A stretch of 64,000 bases of DNA from a bacterium. GTDB taxonomy: Bacteria > Hinthialibacterota > Hinthialibacteria > Hinthialibacterales > Hinthialibacteraceae. The notes beneath the pieces were generated by a model. The model ran no database searches. It saw nothing but the letters and a program-made list of their open reading frames with translations, and was not told the DNA's origin. A program made the translations under genes and the position numbers. Shown piece after piece: positions 29,576 to 40,600 of this stretch. Each line of letters opens with the position of its first letter. Positions within the stretch are counted from its first letter, which is position 1. The DNA lies in assembly GCA_963662285.2 (NCBI GenBank), contig CAXXMV010000006.1, forward strand, positions 352,001 to 416,000, read 5' to 3'.

Positions 29576-32567
29576 TTTCAAATTGGCGCTTGTGATTGGC
29601 GGATTGCTTTCGGTTCTGACCGTTGCGTCTTTCGCCCAAGATAATATGGATCGTCAAGGCCCGGTCATTTTCGTCGGGCTGGTGGGAGATGGCGCGTCCG
29701 GCAACAGCAAGGTGCTTCTGCGCTGGTATTCGACGCTTGGCGAAATCCCCTTCAGTAAATTCTCGGTCTATCGTAAACCGGGCGATCCCCACGATCCCGG
29801 AACGTTTACCAAAATCACGGCGACGGAGAAACTAAGAAATATTCCCTTGATCCGAAGCATCTTTGAACGACCGGGTGAAGAGGAGATACTGGCGGATATT
29901 ATTGATGTGCTCAGCGCCATGAGTAACACTGCTATCACTGTGGACAACTACGCTCAACAATTGATTGCACTGCTTGATGGTGAAGATTCCTGCGATTCCT
30001 GTATGGCGCAGGGAAGGCTTTTGGCTCAATTAAACTATGGGGTTTCGATTATTGAGGGCTTGGGCTATCTAGACCGCGTCTCACCAACAAAATACACCTA
30101 CGAACTTCGTACTTCCACCTCTCTGGGAACAGATGATCTAGTCATCGGTCGCATCACTATCGACGCCTCAACCAATACTGAACTGCCTGCGCCGGAGTCT
30201 CCCGATGAGGTGATAATCAATGGCATCCGGGGCGACCGGAAAATATTTCTCCGCTGGGGCGCTTCGGAAGATTTGTCGCTGAACGCGCCGCTTCACTTCG
30301 GTTACAACGTCTACCGGAGCGACGGGGCGATCTCTATGACCGACACGTTTGAAAGCCTGGAGAGCGCTGGACAACTTCAAAAAATAAACCGTCTGCCAAT
30401 TATGCTCAATAATTCAGCAGTGACGGAACGGGATGAAAGTGAACGCTATGATTTCATGGACGACAATCTCTCCTTTGATCCAGAGGGACGCTTGGGAGAT
30501 CGATTTGTTGTCGGCGATCAATATACTTATTGGATAGCGGCGCGCGATTTACTTGGACGCCATGGTGCGCCAAGCGATCCCATTATCGTGACTATCGAGG
30601 ATCGTCGTCCTCCGGCCATACCGCGCGGTTTGAAGGCTGTTGAAGAGCAGTTCGGTGCGGACCGGAGAATCAACCTCGTTTGGAACGCTAATACAGATGG
30701 TGATACAGTCGCCTATCATATTTACCGCTACCGTTGGTATCACCACACCGGACGAACCGGATCTTTTACCGATGAAGGCCTGGATTACGGCGGTTTATCG
30801 GAAGGCTATCTGACCACGGTTCTCCATACCGCCAGTGATACTGTGTCATACCGCGATACGGATGTCGGTTTGTCTGACCACGAAAGTAAAGCGTTTTGGT
30901 ACTGCGTGTCCGCTATCGATGCGTCTGACAACAGCAGTCCGCTATCGCCTCCCGTACGCGGCGTCCTCTACGACCGTGACGCTCCATCCCGTCCGAAAAC
31001 AATCCAAATCTGCACGACCCGCTTTGTCTGCGAGCCAAAATTCGAGTTGCTCAGTCAAACTGAGATTAAAACCGATACGACGATTGTTTTCCATTTAGAA
31101 CGAATGGATCAGCGAATCATTGAAACCAAAGTCGTAAAAATAGATAATTCGTTGAAATCACTTTTACACCAGGAAATTTTCAGCAAAAACAACGTTCAGA
31201 CCGCAACGGATACGATCCACAGCAGCGTAACTGGCGAAGGAATGGAAATAAATTACTATTTCTCCTTCAAAACGGTTCTGGGTGAATGGTGCGGCCCCTA
31301 TGAACTGCCCAGGAACTTGTTGGACTTGCTGAAGCATAACTCTAAAAAGCAGTTCGACATTCATGTCCCGATCTACCTGCATCCGGATGCAATCTGCTCG
31401 GATGCAACAATATCTGATCGTTTGCCGCATGTATCATCAGTCGATGGCGGCGCGTCTCCCTTAACCGTTACCGTCACCTTAACCGATGACGCCGAAGGGG
31501 CGATACTCTACCGTGCTGAAGACTGCACCGACTTCCACCGCGTCATTACCGAACGCGCTGCAGAAGGCGAAACTTCGGTTACGTTGGTGGATACCATCCG
31601 CCCCGGATCGACTTCGATAATATGCTATGGCGTACGTCTTTATGATGGCAGCGGCAACCTTAGCGGGATGACCTATCTCGAAAGTCGCGTCGTCTTTGCC
31701 GGCAATGAATCCGTTGTTCCAACTGTTGACGCTATTACATCAGCCGGAACTGATGCTTCACCCGAAGTGCAGATCCGCTGGTTTGGCCCATCCGAAGGGA
31801 TATCCGGTTACCGGATTCACTTTGCTACCGGATCATTCGCAAAATCCGGCGTCTTTGGCGACAGCGGAATAAACGTCATTAACAGCGCAACCAGTATCTC
31901 GTCAATCCATACAGTGGATGAAATCTACTACAGCGAAGAGACCGGGCTTTGGTCGATTCAGTTGGCCTCGCTTGATGACCTGGGCAATATTCCTTTGCAG
32001 ACCAATACGCGATACCGCGTCTGGGTAAACGGAATCGATCCGCTGGGAAACACTATCGACGGTAAGAATACCAAACTTTTTACCTGGACCGCAGAAGAAT
32101 CTATAGAAGAACGCCTGAACTGGCCGGTTCGCGATCTACCGGATCATACATCTGGTCTTCCTGTCTACAATACGGTAGGCGAATTATCCAGTCCAACCGC
32201 CATGTCAGTGAAGAGCATCTCTATTCTATTGAGCGATCCAAGTCTGCTTGGACAAAATGATGAATTTAATCCTCTTGAACATCTGGAAATCGATTTACCA
32301 TTCCTGGTCTATCGCAAGCGCGTTGATATCGCCGGGCAGCCCTATGTGCAGATCGGCCCGTTGATAGAAACTATTGAGACCGATCCGGCAAGCGGTTTGA
32401 TATCCGATCCGCTGATCTATGCGACTTACAACGCGGCGTATTATATGGACTACGTTGGTTTGGTTAAAAACGCATCGTACCGGTATATAGTTGTCGAATT
32501 GGACGAAAACGGCGAACTGTCTCTGGTTCGCGGACCGACTGGCGATGTCACCGTCACTTTTGATTGA
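29568..32567 (+). CDS. Secreted multi-fibronectin type III-like protein
   Basis: Signal MNNFKLALVIGGLLSVLTVASFA-Q. Fn3-like motifs (LLRW..FSVYRK, FLRW..GYNVYRS, YTYWIAARDLLG, PPAIPRGL..NLVW..YHIYR, YCVSAIDASDNSSPLS). ATG overlaps the upstream stop. Confidence 0.8.
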   Translation: MNNFKLALVIGGLLSVLTVASFAQDNMDRQGPVIFVGLVGDGASGNSKVLLRWYSTLGEIPFSKFSVYRKPGDPHDPGTFTKITATEKLRNIPLIRSIFERPGEEEILADIIDVLSAMSNTAITVDNYAQQLIALLDGEDSCDSCMAQGRLLAQLNYGVSIIEGLGYLDRVSPTKYTYELRTSTSLGTDDLVIGRITIDASTNTELPAPESPDEVIINGIRGDRKIFLRWGASEDLSLNAPLHFGYNVYRSDGAISMTDTFESLESAGQLQKINRLPIMLNNSAVTERDESERYDFMDDNLSFDPEGRLGDRFVVGDQYTYWIAARDLLGRHGAPSDPIIVTIEDRRPPAIPRGLKAVEEQFGADRRINLVWNANTDGDTVAYHIYRYRWYHHTGRTGSFTDEGLDYGGLSEGYLTTVLHTASDTVSYRDTDVGLSDHESKAFWYCVSAIDASDNSSPLSPPVRGVLYDRDAPSRPKTIQICTTRFVCEPKFELLSQTEIKTDTTIVFHLERMDQRIIETKVVKIDNSLKSLLHQEIFSKNNVQTATDTIHSSVTGEGMEINYYFSFKTVLGEWCGPYELPRNLLDLLKHNSKKQFDIHVPIYLHPDAICSDATISDRLPHVSSVDGGASPLTVTVTLTDDAEGAILYRAEDCTDFHRVITERAAEGETSVTLVDTIRPGSTSIICYGVRLYDGSGNLSGMTYLESRVVFAGNESVVPTVDAITSAGTDASPEVQIRWFGPSEGISGYRIHFATGSFAKSGVFGDSGINVINSATSISSIHTVDEIYYSEETGLWSIQLASLDDLGNIPLQTNTRYRVWVNGIDPLGNTIDGKNTKLFTWTAEESIEERLNWPVRDLPDHTSGLPVYNTVGELSSPTAMSVKSISILLSDPSLLGQNDEFNPLEHLEIDLPFLVYRKRVDIAGQPYVQIGPLIETIETDPASGLISDPLIYATYNAAYYMDYVGLVKNASYRYIVVELDENGELSLVRGPTGDVTVTFD

Positions 32568-32580
32568 GGCGAATACAATC

Positions 32581-35500
32581 ATGAAAACACTCTATGGATT
32601 AATGTTCCTCGTTCTCGTACTCACGGCAACGTCTCTTAATGTTGAGGCGAACGCTTCCCGCGTGGCCGTCGGTGATATCAACGGCGACGGCATTGACGAC
32701 CTTCTTATAGCAACAACAGATTTTCTGGTTGTGGCCGAAGCCGTAGGCGACGGGACATTCATGCCTGGAGAACGTATAACGCTTGATCCCGGACAACCCA
32801 TAGAAGCTTCGTTTATTGAACTGCTAGGAAATGGGCAACTCTTTACCATGGCGGCCTATTCAGACCTGGGCGGCGTGCAGGTCAATAGGGGAAACAACCA
32901 GTTTCCCATTCGCAGTTATGGAATGGGAGTGGAACTGAGCCGAATTATTAGAATCCCTCAAACCAGCTCCTCCGATTTGATATTCACTAGTTTTGATACT
33001 TCAGAAAAAGGTATCCTGATTGGCTACAAATCTTCGGAACAACGCTTTGTCGTTATTCATGACCTCGAATATAGTGCGCCGGTTCAGGATGTTGCATTCA
33101 GTACGTTGACTGATAGCGATCTGTATACCCTGGCGGTTTTACACGATCAATATCTTAATATCTACGCTTATGATGCTTCATCCGGCTTCGCAACGCCTGT
33201 AGAGATTCAACTGACGGATAATGAAGCCTCAAAGATTGAGTCTGGATCAATCAATGGCAACGCATTGCCAGACCTTTTGCTTTGGAATCCTGAATCGTCA
33301 ACTGTCTCTACCGTGAGTTGGATTAGCGGATCGAGTTGGAAGACAACACCGTATACGCTGCATACTCCAGTTAGCATACTGGCAGTCGGCGACGTGGATG
33401 GAGACGGTTTCGCCGATCTTCCTTCAATCGCTTCGGCGCAGAATGAAATTATTTTCTATCACAACCAAAACGGCTCTACGTTCGCATCATCCAGTTTGAC
33501 GTTGCCCTTCTCAATGGATGAAAACGAAGAAGCCGCCATTCAGTGCGGAAATTTTTCCACAACCCAAAATGGATTTGTTGTTGTTGCGCCAGACTCAGAC
33601 AGCGGGCCGGAAATCTACTTTGTACCAGTAGATAATGGAAGCATCTCAACCACTGTATCCTCTACCATCTCCACCCCGCCCGAAAAACCCTGCAACTACG
33701 CCAACGTCGTGATCCGCGACGCCTCCAATCCCGAACTGATCTACCGCAGCGAACGCATCCCGGATTGGACTACCGGCGCAACGATTATTACAAACAAACT
33801 ATCCGTGCAGCATGAACAAGATACTGGCTCGGGACTGGCGCTAGCAACTGATATTATAATTTCCGGCATTCATAGTAATATCTGGCCGAGTGAAATTGAG
33901 GTCGTTCCGAATCAGCAAGACGACGACCAATCATTATTCTTCCTCACGCCTTCAATGCCTATTACGTTGCTCAAGACGTTAATTACGCCAACCGGTGGCA
34001 CGCACGGTCGAACCGTTACTCCAGTGCTTGAATCACGGGAAAGCGCTTCGATTTACTATCGTAAAAACGGTGGATCGTGGAAACTTTATGATCCAGATGA
34101 AACTCAAATTTATTTCTACCGAAGCGGCTCGCTCGATGCTTATGCAACTTATGGACCTTTTATCAGTTCGATGGCCTCAGCATCCTATATCGTCGATCAA
34201 CCTTACGACGCCGATTCGGATTACGACGGCCTCCCCGATTTCGTTGAAGAAGCATACGGCCTTAATCCACTTGATGGCGACGTCGACTCGGATGATGATG
34301 GCTGGCGCGACCTGGATGAACTGATTCGGGAGACCGATCCTTTGGATGCCGATTCATTTCCCGCAGATTCTGATATTCCCGATGGAGACGGCTGGTCGGA
34401 TTTCGACGAGACGCTGCGCCAAACCGATCCCGGCGATCCAGAATCTAATCCTACGGTCAGCGGTTTGGAAGTTCCCGAAGCAGTGGTTCCGATAGAAATC
34501 AACGAGTCGGCGCTGAACACTCCCACCGGAGTCGATGGTTCTTCTCTTAAGGCCAAACTGCTTACAGGATATGAAATTGATTCAGCTACATTAGACAATG
34601 CGTCATCCCTGCGCATGAGAGTGGATCATCCCTCGATATCGGGTTATACGGATGGTGATGACGCCGAAATCGTCTTATTGACTTATGTTCCCCGGAAAAC
34701 TTATGATCCTCAAATCGACGGTGATGAATCGACTACTGCGGAAGAATGGATCAAAGCCTACGCAGATGAAATGCATACTTCATTGTTCGAGAAGCGGACG
34801 GCGCTTATGCATGACGCCGAGACGACAGCCGTAGTACTCGCTCTAGCGCGATTTATGGAACAGGCGCTATCGCTTACTGCGCCGAACATAATTTGGACCG
34901 CATCGGGAACCGTTTCGCAAAGTGACATCAACCGCCTTGAACAAACCGTGAACCTGGATGAGGCCGCTTCCTATTTGACCGAACACATCTCCGAAACCTC
35001 ATTGCCCGGCATGGTGCGCGCATATATCGAGTGGGGCAAAACCGAAGATATTCGCGGGACTATCATCGAACGTTTGGCCTGGATTCTGCATGGCTGGACG
35101 CCGGACGAAAGCGATGCGCCAGACGCTCTTCCCGCCAAAACGCTTTCATCCAATCACGCTCAACAACCAGCGGGAATCGATTTCACATCGATTCTTGACG
35201 AGTTGGATACGCTATTTTTGTCGATCCCAACCCTTGAGATAGAATTGGAAGGCGTATTGGCATGGGACGAGAGAGATTTTGTTACCCTCGTTCATGACGG
35301 GATTGCCTATGGATTCAATGATGAAGGAGCGACGCTCTCGACCGGTTCAGAAGTACGTATTAAAGGACGCGTAGTTGTACCGTCTCCCTACAGTGATATC
35401 GTCTGGGTTAAAATGACGGCGCTGGAACAAATCGATAATCCTTTGTTGAGCGTTAACACTATCGACTCTGATAACAATGGCCTTGCAGACCAGTGGGAAG

Positions 35501-35658
35501 CCTTCTATTTCCCTTCCGGCGCATTGCCCACTGACGACCCTGACGAAGACGGTTATACCAATAAGCAGGAATATGATGGTTATTCTGATCCTACCGATGT
35601 GAATTCCATCCCCTCAGCATCCGGTACTCGAATACGCAATTGGTTCTTGTATGAATAG
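32581..35658 (+). CDS. Secreted FG-GAP/VCBS repeat protein with Ca-binding DxDxDG (TSP3-like) repeats
   Basis: Signal MKTLYGLMFLVLVLTATSLNVEA. VGDINGDGIDDL, GSINGNALPDL, VGDVDGDGFADL. DSDYDGLPD, DSDDDGWRD, DGDGWSD, DSDNNGLADQWE, DPDEDGYTN. GAGG SD. Confidence 0.82.
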   Translation: MKTLYGLMFLVLVLTATSLNVEANASRVAVGDINGDGIDDLLIATTDFLVVAEAVGDGTFMPGERITLDPGQPIEASFIELLGNGQLFTMAAYSDLGGVQVNRGNNQFPIRSYGMGVELSRIIRIPQTSSSDLIFTSFDTSEKGILIGYKSSEQRFVVIHDLEYSAPVQDVAFSTLTDSDLYTLAVLHDQYLNIYAYDASSGFATPVEIQLTDNEASKIESGSINGNALPDLLLWNPESSTVSTVSWISGSSWKTTPYTLHTPVSILAVGDVDGDGFADLPSIASAQNEIIFYHNQNGSTFASSSLTLPFSMDENEEAAIQCGNFSTTQNGFVVVAPDSDSGPEIYFVPVDNGSISTTVSSTISTPPEKPCNYANVVIRDASNPELIYRSERIPDWTTGATIITNKLSVQHEQDTGSGLALATDIIISGIHSNIWPSEIEVVPNQQDDDQSLFFLTPSMPITLLKTLITPTGGTHGRTVTPVLESRESASIYYRKNGGSWKLYDPDETQIYFYRSGSLDAYATYGPFISSMASASYIVDQPYDADSDYDGLPDFVEEAYGLNPLDGDVDSDDDGWRDLDELIRETDPLDADSFPADSDIPDGDGWSDFDETLRQTDPGDPESNPTVSGLEVPEAVVPIEINESALNTPTGVDGSSLKAKLLTGYEIDSATLDNASSLRMRVDHPSISGYTDGDDAEIVLLTYVPRKTYDPQIDGDESTTAEEWIKAYADEMHTSLFEKRTALMHDAETTAVVLALARFMEQALSLTAPNIIWTASGTVSQSDINRLEQTVNLDEAASYLTEHISETSLPGMVRAYIEWGKTEDIRGTIIERLAWILHGWTPDESDAPDALPAKTLSSNHAQQPAGIDFTSILDELDTLFLSIPTLEIELEGVLAWDERDFVTLVHDGIAYGFNDEGATLSTGSEVRIKGRVVVPSPYSDIVWVKMTALEQIDNPLLSVNTIDSDNNGLADQWEAFYFPSGALPTDDPDEDGYTNKQEYDGYSDPTDVNSIPSASGTRIRNWFLYE

Positions 35659-35732
35659 ATAAATAGCCGTTTGTTATCATATTTGTCTTAGAAAAAGCCA
35701 ATCACTGAACTTTCCCCCTGGAGATTTGTATT

Positions 35733-37577
35733 ATGAAGATGGCGGCGCTCTCACGTATCTTGATTATCCTCATTGTCTCATTTGGTTTTTGCATAACCTC
35801 ATACGCTTCAGACTGGCGTGATATCGAGAACGGTTGGGAAATCCCAACCGAGTTTTACGCCGATCAGCCTTATATAGTTAAGACCAATGACGGCGCGTGG
35901 CTCTGCATCATGACTACCGGCGCCGGGCATGAAGGTCAGAGCGGCCAGCATGTCATCACCATGCGCAGCACCGACCGGGGCAAGACCTGGGCGCCGCCAG
36001 TGGATGTTGAACCAGCTCAAGGACCTGAAGCATCCTACGCGGTTTTGCTCAAAGTTCCCTATGGTAGAATCTACGCTTTCTATAATCACAACACCGATAA
36101 CCTGCGCCAGGTTAAAGCCGACAATCCCCCATATAAAGATGGCTATTGTCAACGGGTTGATAGCCTGGGATATTTCGTCTTCAAGTACAGCGATGATAAT
36201 GGAAACTCATGGTCAAAACAGCGCTATGCAATACCTGTGCGAGAGATGGAGATCGACCGCCAAAATCCATATCAAGGCGCAGTGCGTTTTTTCTGGAACG
36301 TGGGTAAGGCGTTTTCACATGTTGGTTCAGGATTCGTTCCACTACACAAGGTGGGAGGTTTCGGTAGGAATTTCTTCACCCGCAACGAAGGCGTATTGTT
36401 ACGCAGTCCTAATATTCTGATAGAACGTGATCCTCAAAAAATTGAATGGGAAACATTACCTGAAGGCGACATCGGTCTGCGCACCCCGCCGGGCGGCGGC
36501 CCCATATCGGCTGAACAAAGTTTTTCGATTCTAAGCGACGGTTCGTTCTACTGCGTATACCGCTCGGTTGACGGACATTCAGTATTCACTTATAGCCGCG
36601 ACCAGGGTCGCAGTTGGGATACTCCACAATACAAGCGATATGCTGACGGAAGTTTGATGAAACATCCCCGCGCCGCCAATTTCGCCTGGAAATGCTCCAA
36701 TGGAAAGTACCTCTACTGGTTTCATAACCACGGCGGTCGATCATACGATGACCGCAACCCGGTCTGGTTATGCGGCGGGGTAGAGAACGATTCACCTCAA
36801 GGCCGCATCATCCAATGGTCGCAGCCTGAGATCATTCTCTATGATGACGATCCAGCTGTGCGCATGAGTTATCCCGATCTGGTTGAGGAAGACGGCCAAT
36901 ATTTCCTGACCGAAACTCAGAAGACCATTGCGCGGGTGCACCAGATCGATCCGGAATTACTGAATGCCCTATGGCGCCAATTCGATGAGCGTCGCATTAT
37001 TACTGATGGGCTGATACTCGATCTGCCAAACCAAACGGCCATAATACCCGGCGAAACCCAGGCGCCGGAACTGCCTAATCTGATTTCACAAAACACCAAG
37101 AGACCCGAACCGGATACATTTCCTATAAACAACGGTTTTTCAATCGTTTTTTGGGTGCGGTTTAATTCGTTGAAGCCAGGCATGATCATCGCCAGCAACC
37201 AGACCGATGCAGGTCAAGGATTCTGCCTGCAAACCACAAACCGCCAAACCATAGAACTGGTATTGAACGATGGCCGAACTGAAAATAGCTGGGACTGCGA
37301 TCCTGGATTACTCAAGCAAAACAAACTACATCATATAGCCGTCATTATCGACGGCGGCCCCAAAATAATCACTTTCATCATTGATGGTAAACTATGCGAC
37401 GGTGCGTCATCACGCCAGTTCGGCTGGGGGCGCTTCAATCCCAACCTGCGTTCAGCACACGGCGGCGATATGCTGCGCTTGTCTAGCAACTTTGATGGGA
37501 ACATAAAAAAATTCCGTATCTACAACCGGCGCCTGCTTACCTCAGAAGCCATCAGCAATTACCGGGCGGGGCTATAA
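35733..37577 (+). CDS. BNR/Asp-box (sialidase-like) beta-propeller protein with C-terminal LamG/ConA-like domain
   Basis: Signal peptide. Asp-boxes RSTDRGKTW, YSDDNGNSW, YSRDQGRSW. MSYPDL. LamG motifs (FSIVFWV, HHIAVIIDG, FDGNIKKFRIYNRRL). Confidence 0.82.
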   Translation: MKMAALSRILIILIVSFGFCITSYASDWRDIENGWEIPTEFYADQPYIVKTNDGAWLCIMTTGAGHEGQSGQHVITMRSTDRGKTWAPPVDVEPAQGPEASYAVLLKVPYGRIYAFYNHNTDNLRQVKADNPPYKDGYCQRVDSLGYFVFKYSDDNGNSWSKQRYAIPVREMEIDRQNPYQGAVRFFWNVGKAFSHVGSGFVPLHKVGGFGRNFFTRNEGVLLRSPNILIERDPQKIEWETLPEGDIGLRTPPGGGPISAEQSFSILSDGSFYCVYRSVDGHSVFTYSRDQGRSWDTPQYKRYADGSLMKHPRAANFAWKCSNGKYLYWFHNHGGRSYDDRNPVWLCGGVENDSPQGRIIQWSQPEIILYDDDPAVRMSYPDLVEEDGQYFLTETQKTIARVHQIDPELLNALWRQFDERRIITDGLILDLPNQTAIIPGETQAPELPNLISQNTKRPEPDTFPINNGFSIVFWVRFNSLKPGMIIASNQTDAGQGFCLQTTNRQTIELVLNDGRTENSWDCDPGLLKQNKLHHIAVIIDGGPKIITFIIDGKLCDGASSRQFGWGRFNPNLRSAHGGDMLRLSSNFDGNIKKFRIYNRRLLTSEAISNYRAGL

Positions 37578-37611
37578 AACTAAACTCTTCGTCATAACAA
37601 CAGCAGCCATA

Positions 37612-40600
37612 TCACGCCTGAGGTTTTGATATCCGGTACATTATCACATATAACAAAGGCACAATGATTAAGGTAAGCACAGTTGCAAAAGTCAAACCAA
37701 ACATAATAGCGACTGCCATAGAATCGAAAAAGCCATCAGATACTAACGGGATCATAGCCAATACCGTCGTCATCGATGCCATCATAACCGGTCGCATACG
37801 ACTGATACAAGAGTGAATCACCGCTTCATAGGGTTCCTTGCCCTCACGGATTTCCACACCGATTTGATCTAAAAGAACAATGGCGTTTTTGATAAGCATA
37901 CCTATTAAACTTAATGCGCCTAACAACGCCAGAAATCCAAATGTTTTGCCGGTTATCAACAAGCCCAATGATACGCCAATGAATGATAAAGGTAAAATCA
38001 ATAATATAATAAACGGCGGCCTAAAAGCATTGAATAATCCAACAATAACCAACGCAATTAATATCATCGATATCGGCAGTTGTTGAAACAAAATTGACTG
38101 AGCCTCATTGGAATCTTCCGACTCTCCAGCCCATTCCATCGTATAACCTGAAGGTACAGGGATTGCTTCAATTTGCGATTTGACGGATGATTCCAAATTT
38201 ACGGCATTACCATCAACTGGCTCCGCTTGAGCCTTTATAGTCAAACGGCGGTTAAGGCGTCGAATAATCGGGTCTTCCCATTGCACTTTGATATCATCGA
38301 CGACTTGCAGCAATGGCGTACTAACCGAACCATATCCGTATACCGGAATATCACCGATATTCTCCACGGCAAGTTTTTCATCTTCCGGCGCCTTTAACAG
38401 AATTGGCATCAGTTCATCGTTCTCGCGATAATTTCCAATAGGAATTCCATCAGTAATACGACGCAATGACATGGCGATATCCTGACGCGTGACATAAGCT
38501 CGTCTGGCGCGGGCTTGAGAATATAGCGGCGCAACGATTTTCACCCGTTGACGCCAGTCGTCGCGTACTTCCTTGGCATTAGGATCAGATTTCATGATCA
38601 CTTTGGCCTGGTCGCAAAGTTCTCTCAACACATCTGCATCGGGGCCGCTGAAACGCGCTTCAACCTTAAACGAAACCGACGGACCAAGCGGAAACAATCG
38701 CACCCGAGGCTCAGCTTGGGGAAAACTGACTGATATATAATCCTCTACCTTATCAACTAAATCAAAAACCTCTTCAGGCGTCTCAACATTTACCAGAATC
38801 TGACCATAACTGTTGTTGGGTAGTTCCGGCTCATAGGGCAAGTAAAAACGGGGAGGTCCAGAACCGATGCAAGTGGCAGTGCTGACAATATCAGGAATCC
38901 CGGACAAATGCTTTTCAATCTCTCTTAAGTCTTCTGATACAGCATGAATACTCGATCCTTCCGGCAGCCAATAATCTATAATAAACTGAGTACGGGTCGA
39001 TTTAGGGAAAAACATCTGATCAACATACTGAAACGAATACATCGCGCTGAAAAATATCACCAGAATCAATGCAATAGTTGTTATGCGCCAGCGTAGCGCC
39101 ATTTCCAGAATAGCCTGATACCAACGAAATATCCTGCCCGCATAGGGATCAACGCCTTTTTTTGATTCTTTAACTTTAAGAAACATCTCGCAAAAAACCG
39201 GAGTTTGCACCATGGCCAAAACCCAACTTATAGCCAATGAGATAGCAACTACCTTAAATAAATCTGAACAATAATCTCCAACATTATTGGGCGAAATATA
39301 AATCGGGAGAAACGCGAAAATTGCAATCAAAGTAGCGCCCAGCAGAGGCATTCCGGTATCTTTAGCCGGTTGAGTAACAGCTTTTTTGGGAGATTCGCCA
39401 TTCTGCAAGCGGATCAAGGCGCCTTCAGTTATAACAATGGCGTTATCCACCAGCATTCCCATGGCGATAATAAGCGAACCCAATGAGGTGCGATGAAGAT
39501 CAATTTTCAAAAGCAGCATAACTATGAAGGTGGCGAGGATGGTGAAAATCAATCCTCCCCCGATCAATAATCCACTACGAACTCCCATAGTCAACAACAA
39601 GACAACCACGCAGATAATGACTGATTCTATAAGGTTAACTATAAAATCATCAATCGCTCTTTGAACATCGTCGGATTGAAACGAGACTACGCCTATGTCC
39701 AATCCATGCGGAAAACTTTCCATCAGTTCTTCCAAATGATGATGAACCGCTTCCCCCATGTGAATGACATTACCGCCGGATACGGTTGATACGGCAAAGC
39801 CGATTGCGTTTTTACCGTTGAATCGCATCATAGAAAAGGGGGGATCAACGTATCCCTTGGTTATCTTGGCCACATCGCGCATCAGAATCAGATTATCAGG
39901 CGCGCTGCCCCGGATAACCAGGTCGCCAATCTCATCAATCGACTGAAATAAGCCGGTCGGCGTCAAACGGATTCTTTCCGAACCGACTGTCAAAGAACCG
40001 GCATCCACTATCTGATTCTGTCCCTGTAATGTTTCAACTATCTGTCCTGGATTAACTCCCAGATCGGCCAACCGTTCGTTGGAAATTTCTAAATTTACGC
40101 ACTCTTGCTGATCGCCCCACATCTCCACCCGCGCCACATCATCAACTAATAATAATTCTCTTTGGATGATATTGACGTAATCTTTCATCTCGGCAGTAGA
40201 AAATCCATCTCCCGTCAATGCCAGGAAGACACCGTAGACATCGCCAAAATCATCATATACGATTGGCGGATATGATCCGTCGGGTAGAGTAGACTGTGCT
40301 TCTAATACTTTACGGCGCAATTCATCCCAGATTTGAGGCAGTTTACGGCTGGGGATCGATTCCTTGATGTCGGCGTACACATAGGATAATCCCGCTTTAG
40401 AAATCGAGCGGACTTCATCCAGCGCCCCGAGTTTTTGCACCGCTTTTTCGATTTCATCGGTTACCTGCTCTTCCACTTCTTTAGGCGAGGCGCCGGGATA
40501 TGCAGTGACAATCAACGCTGTCTTTATTGTAAATTCAGGGTCTTCTAATTTTCCCAATTTTGAATAAGACATCAAACCTGCAACCACTAACAAGCAGGAT

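Noticed and set aside
33660-33780. Locally C-rich codon patch inside the FG-GAP gene
   Set aside because: Too short to distinguish from amino-acid composition effects by eye.
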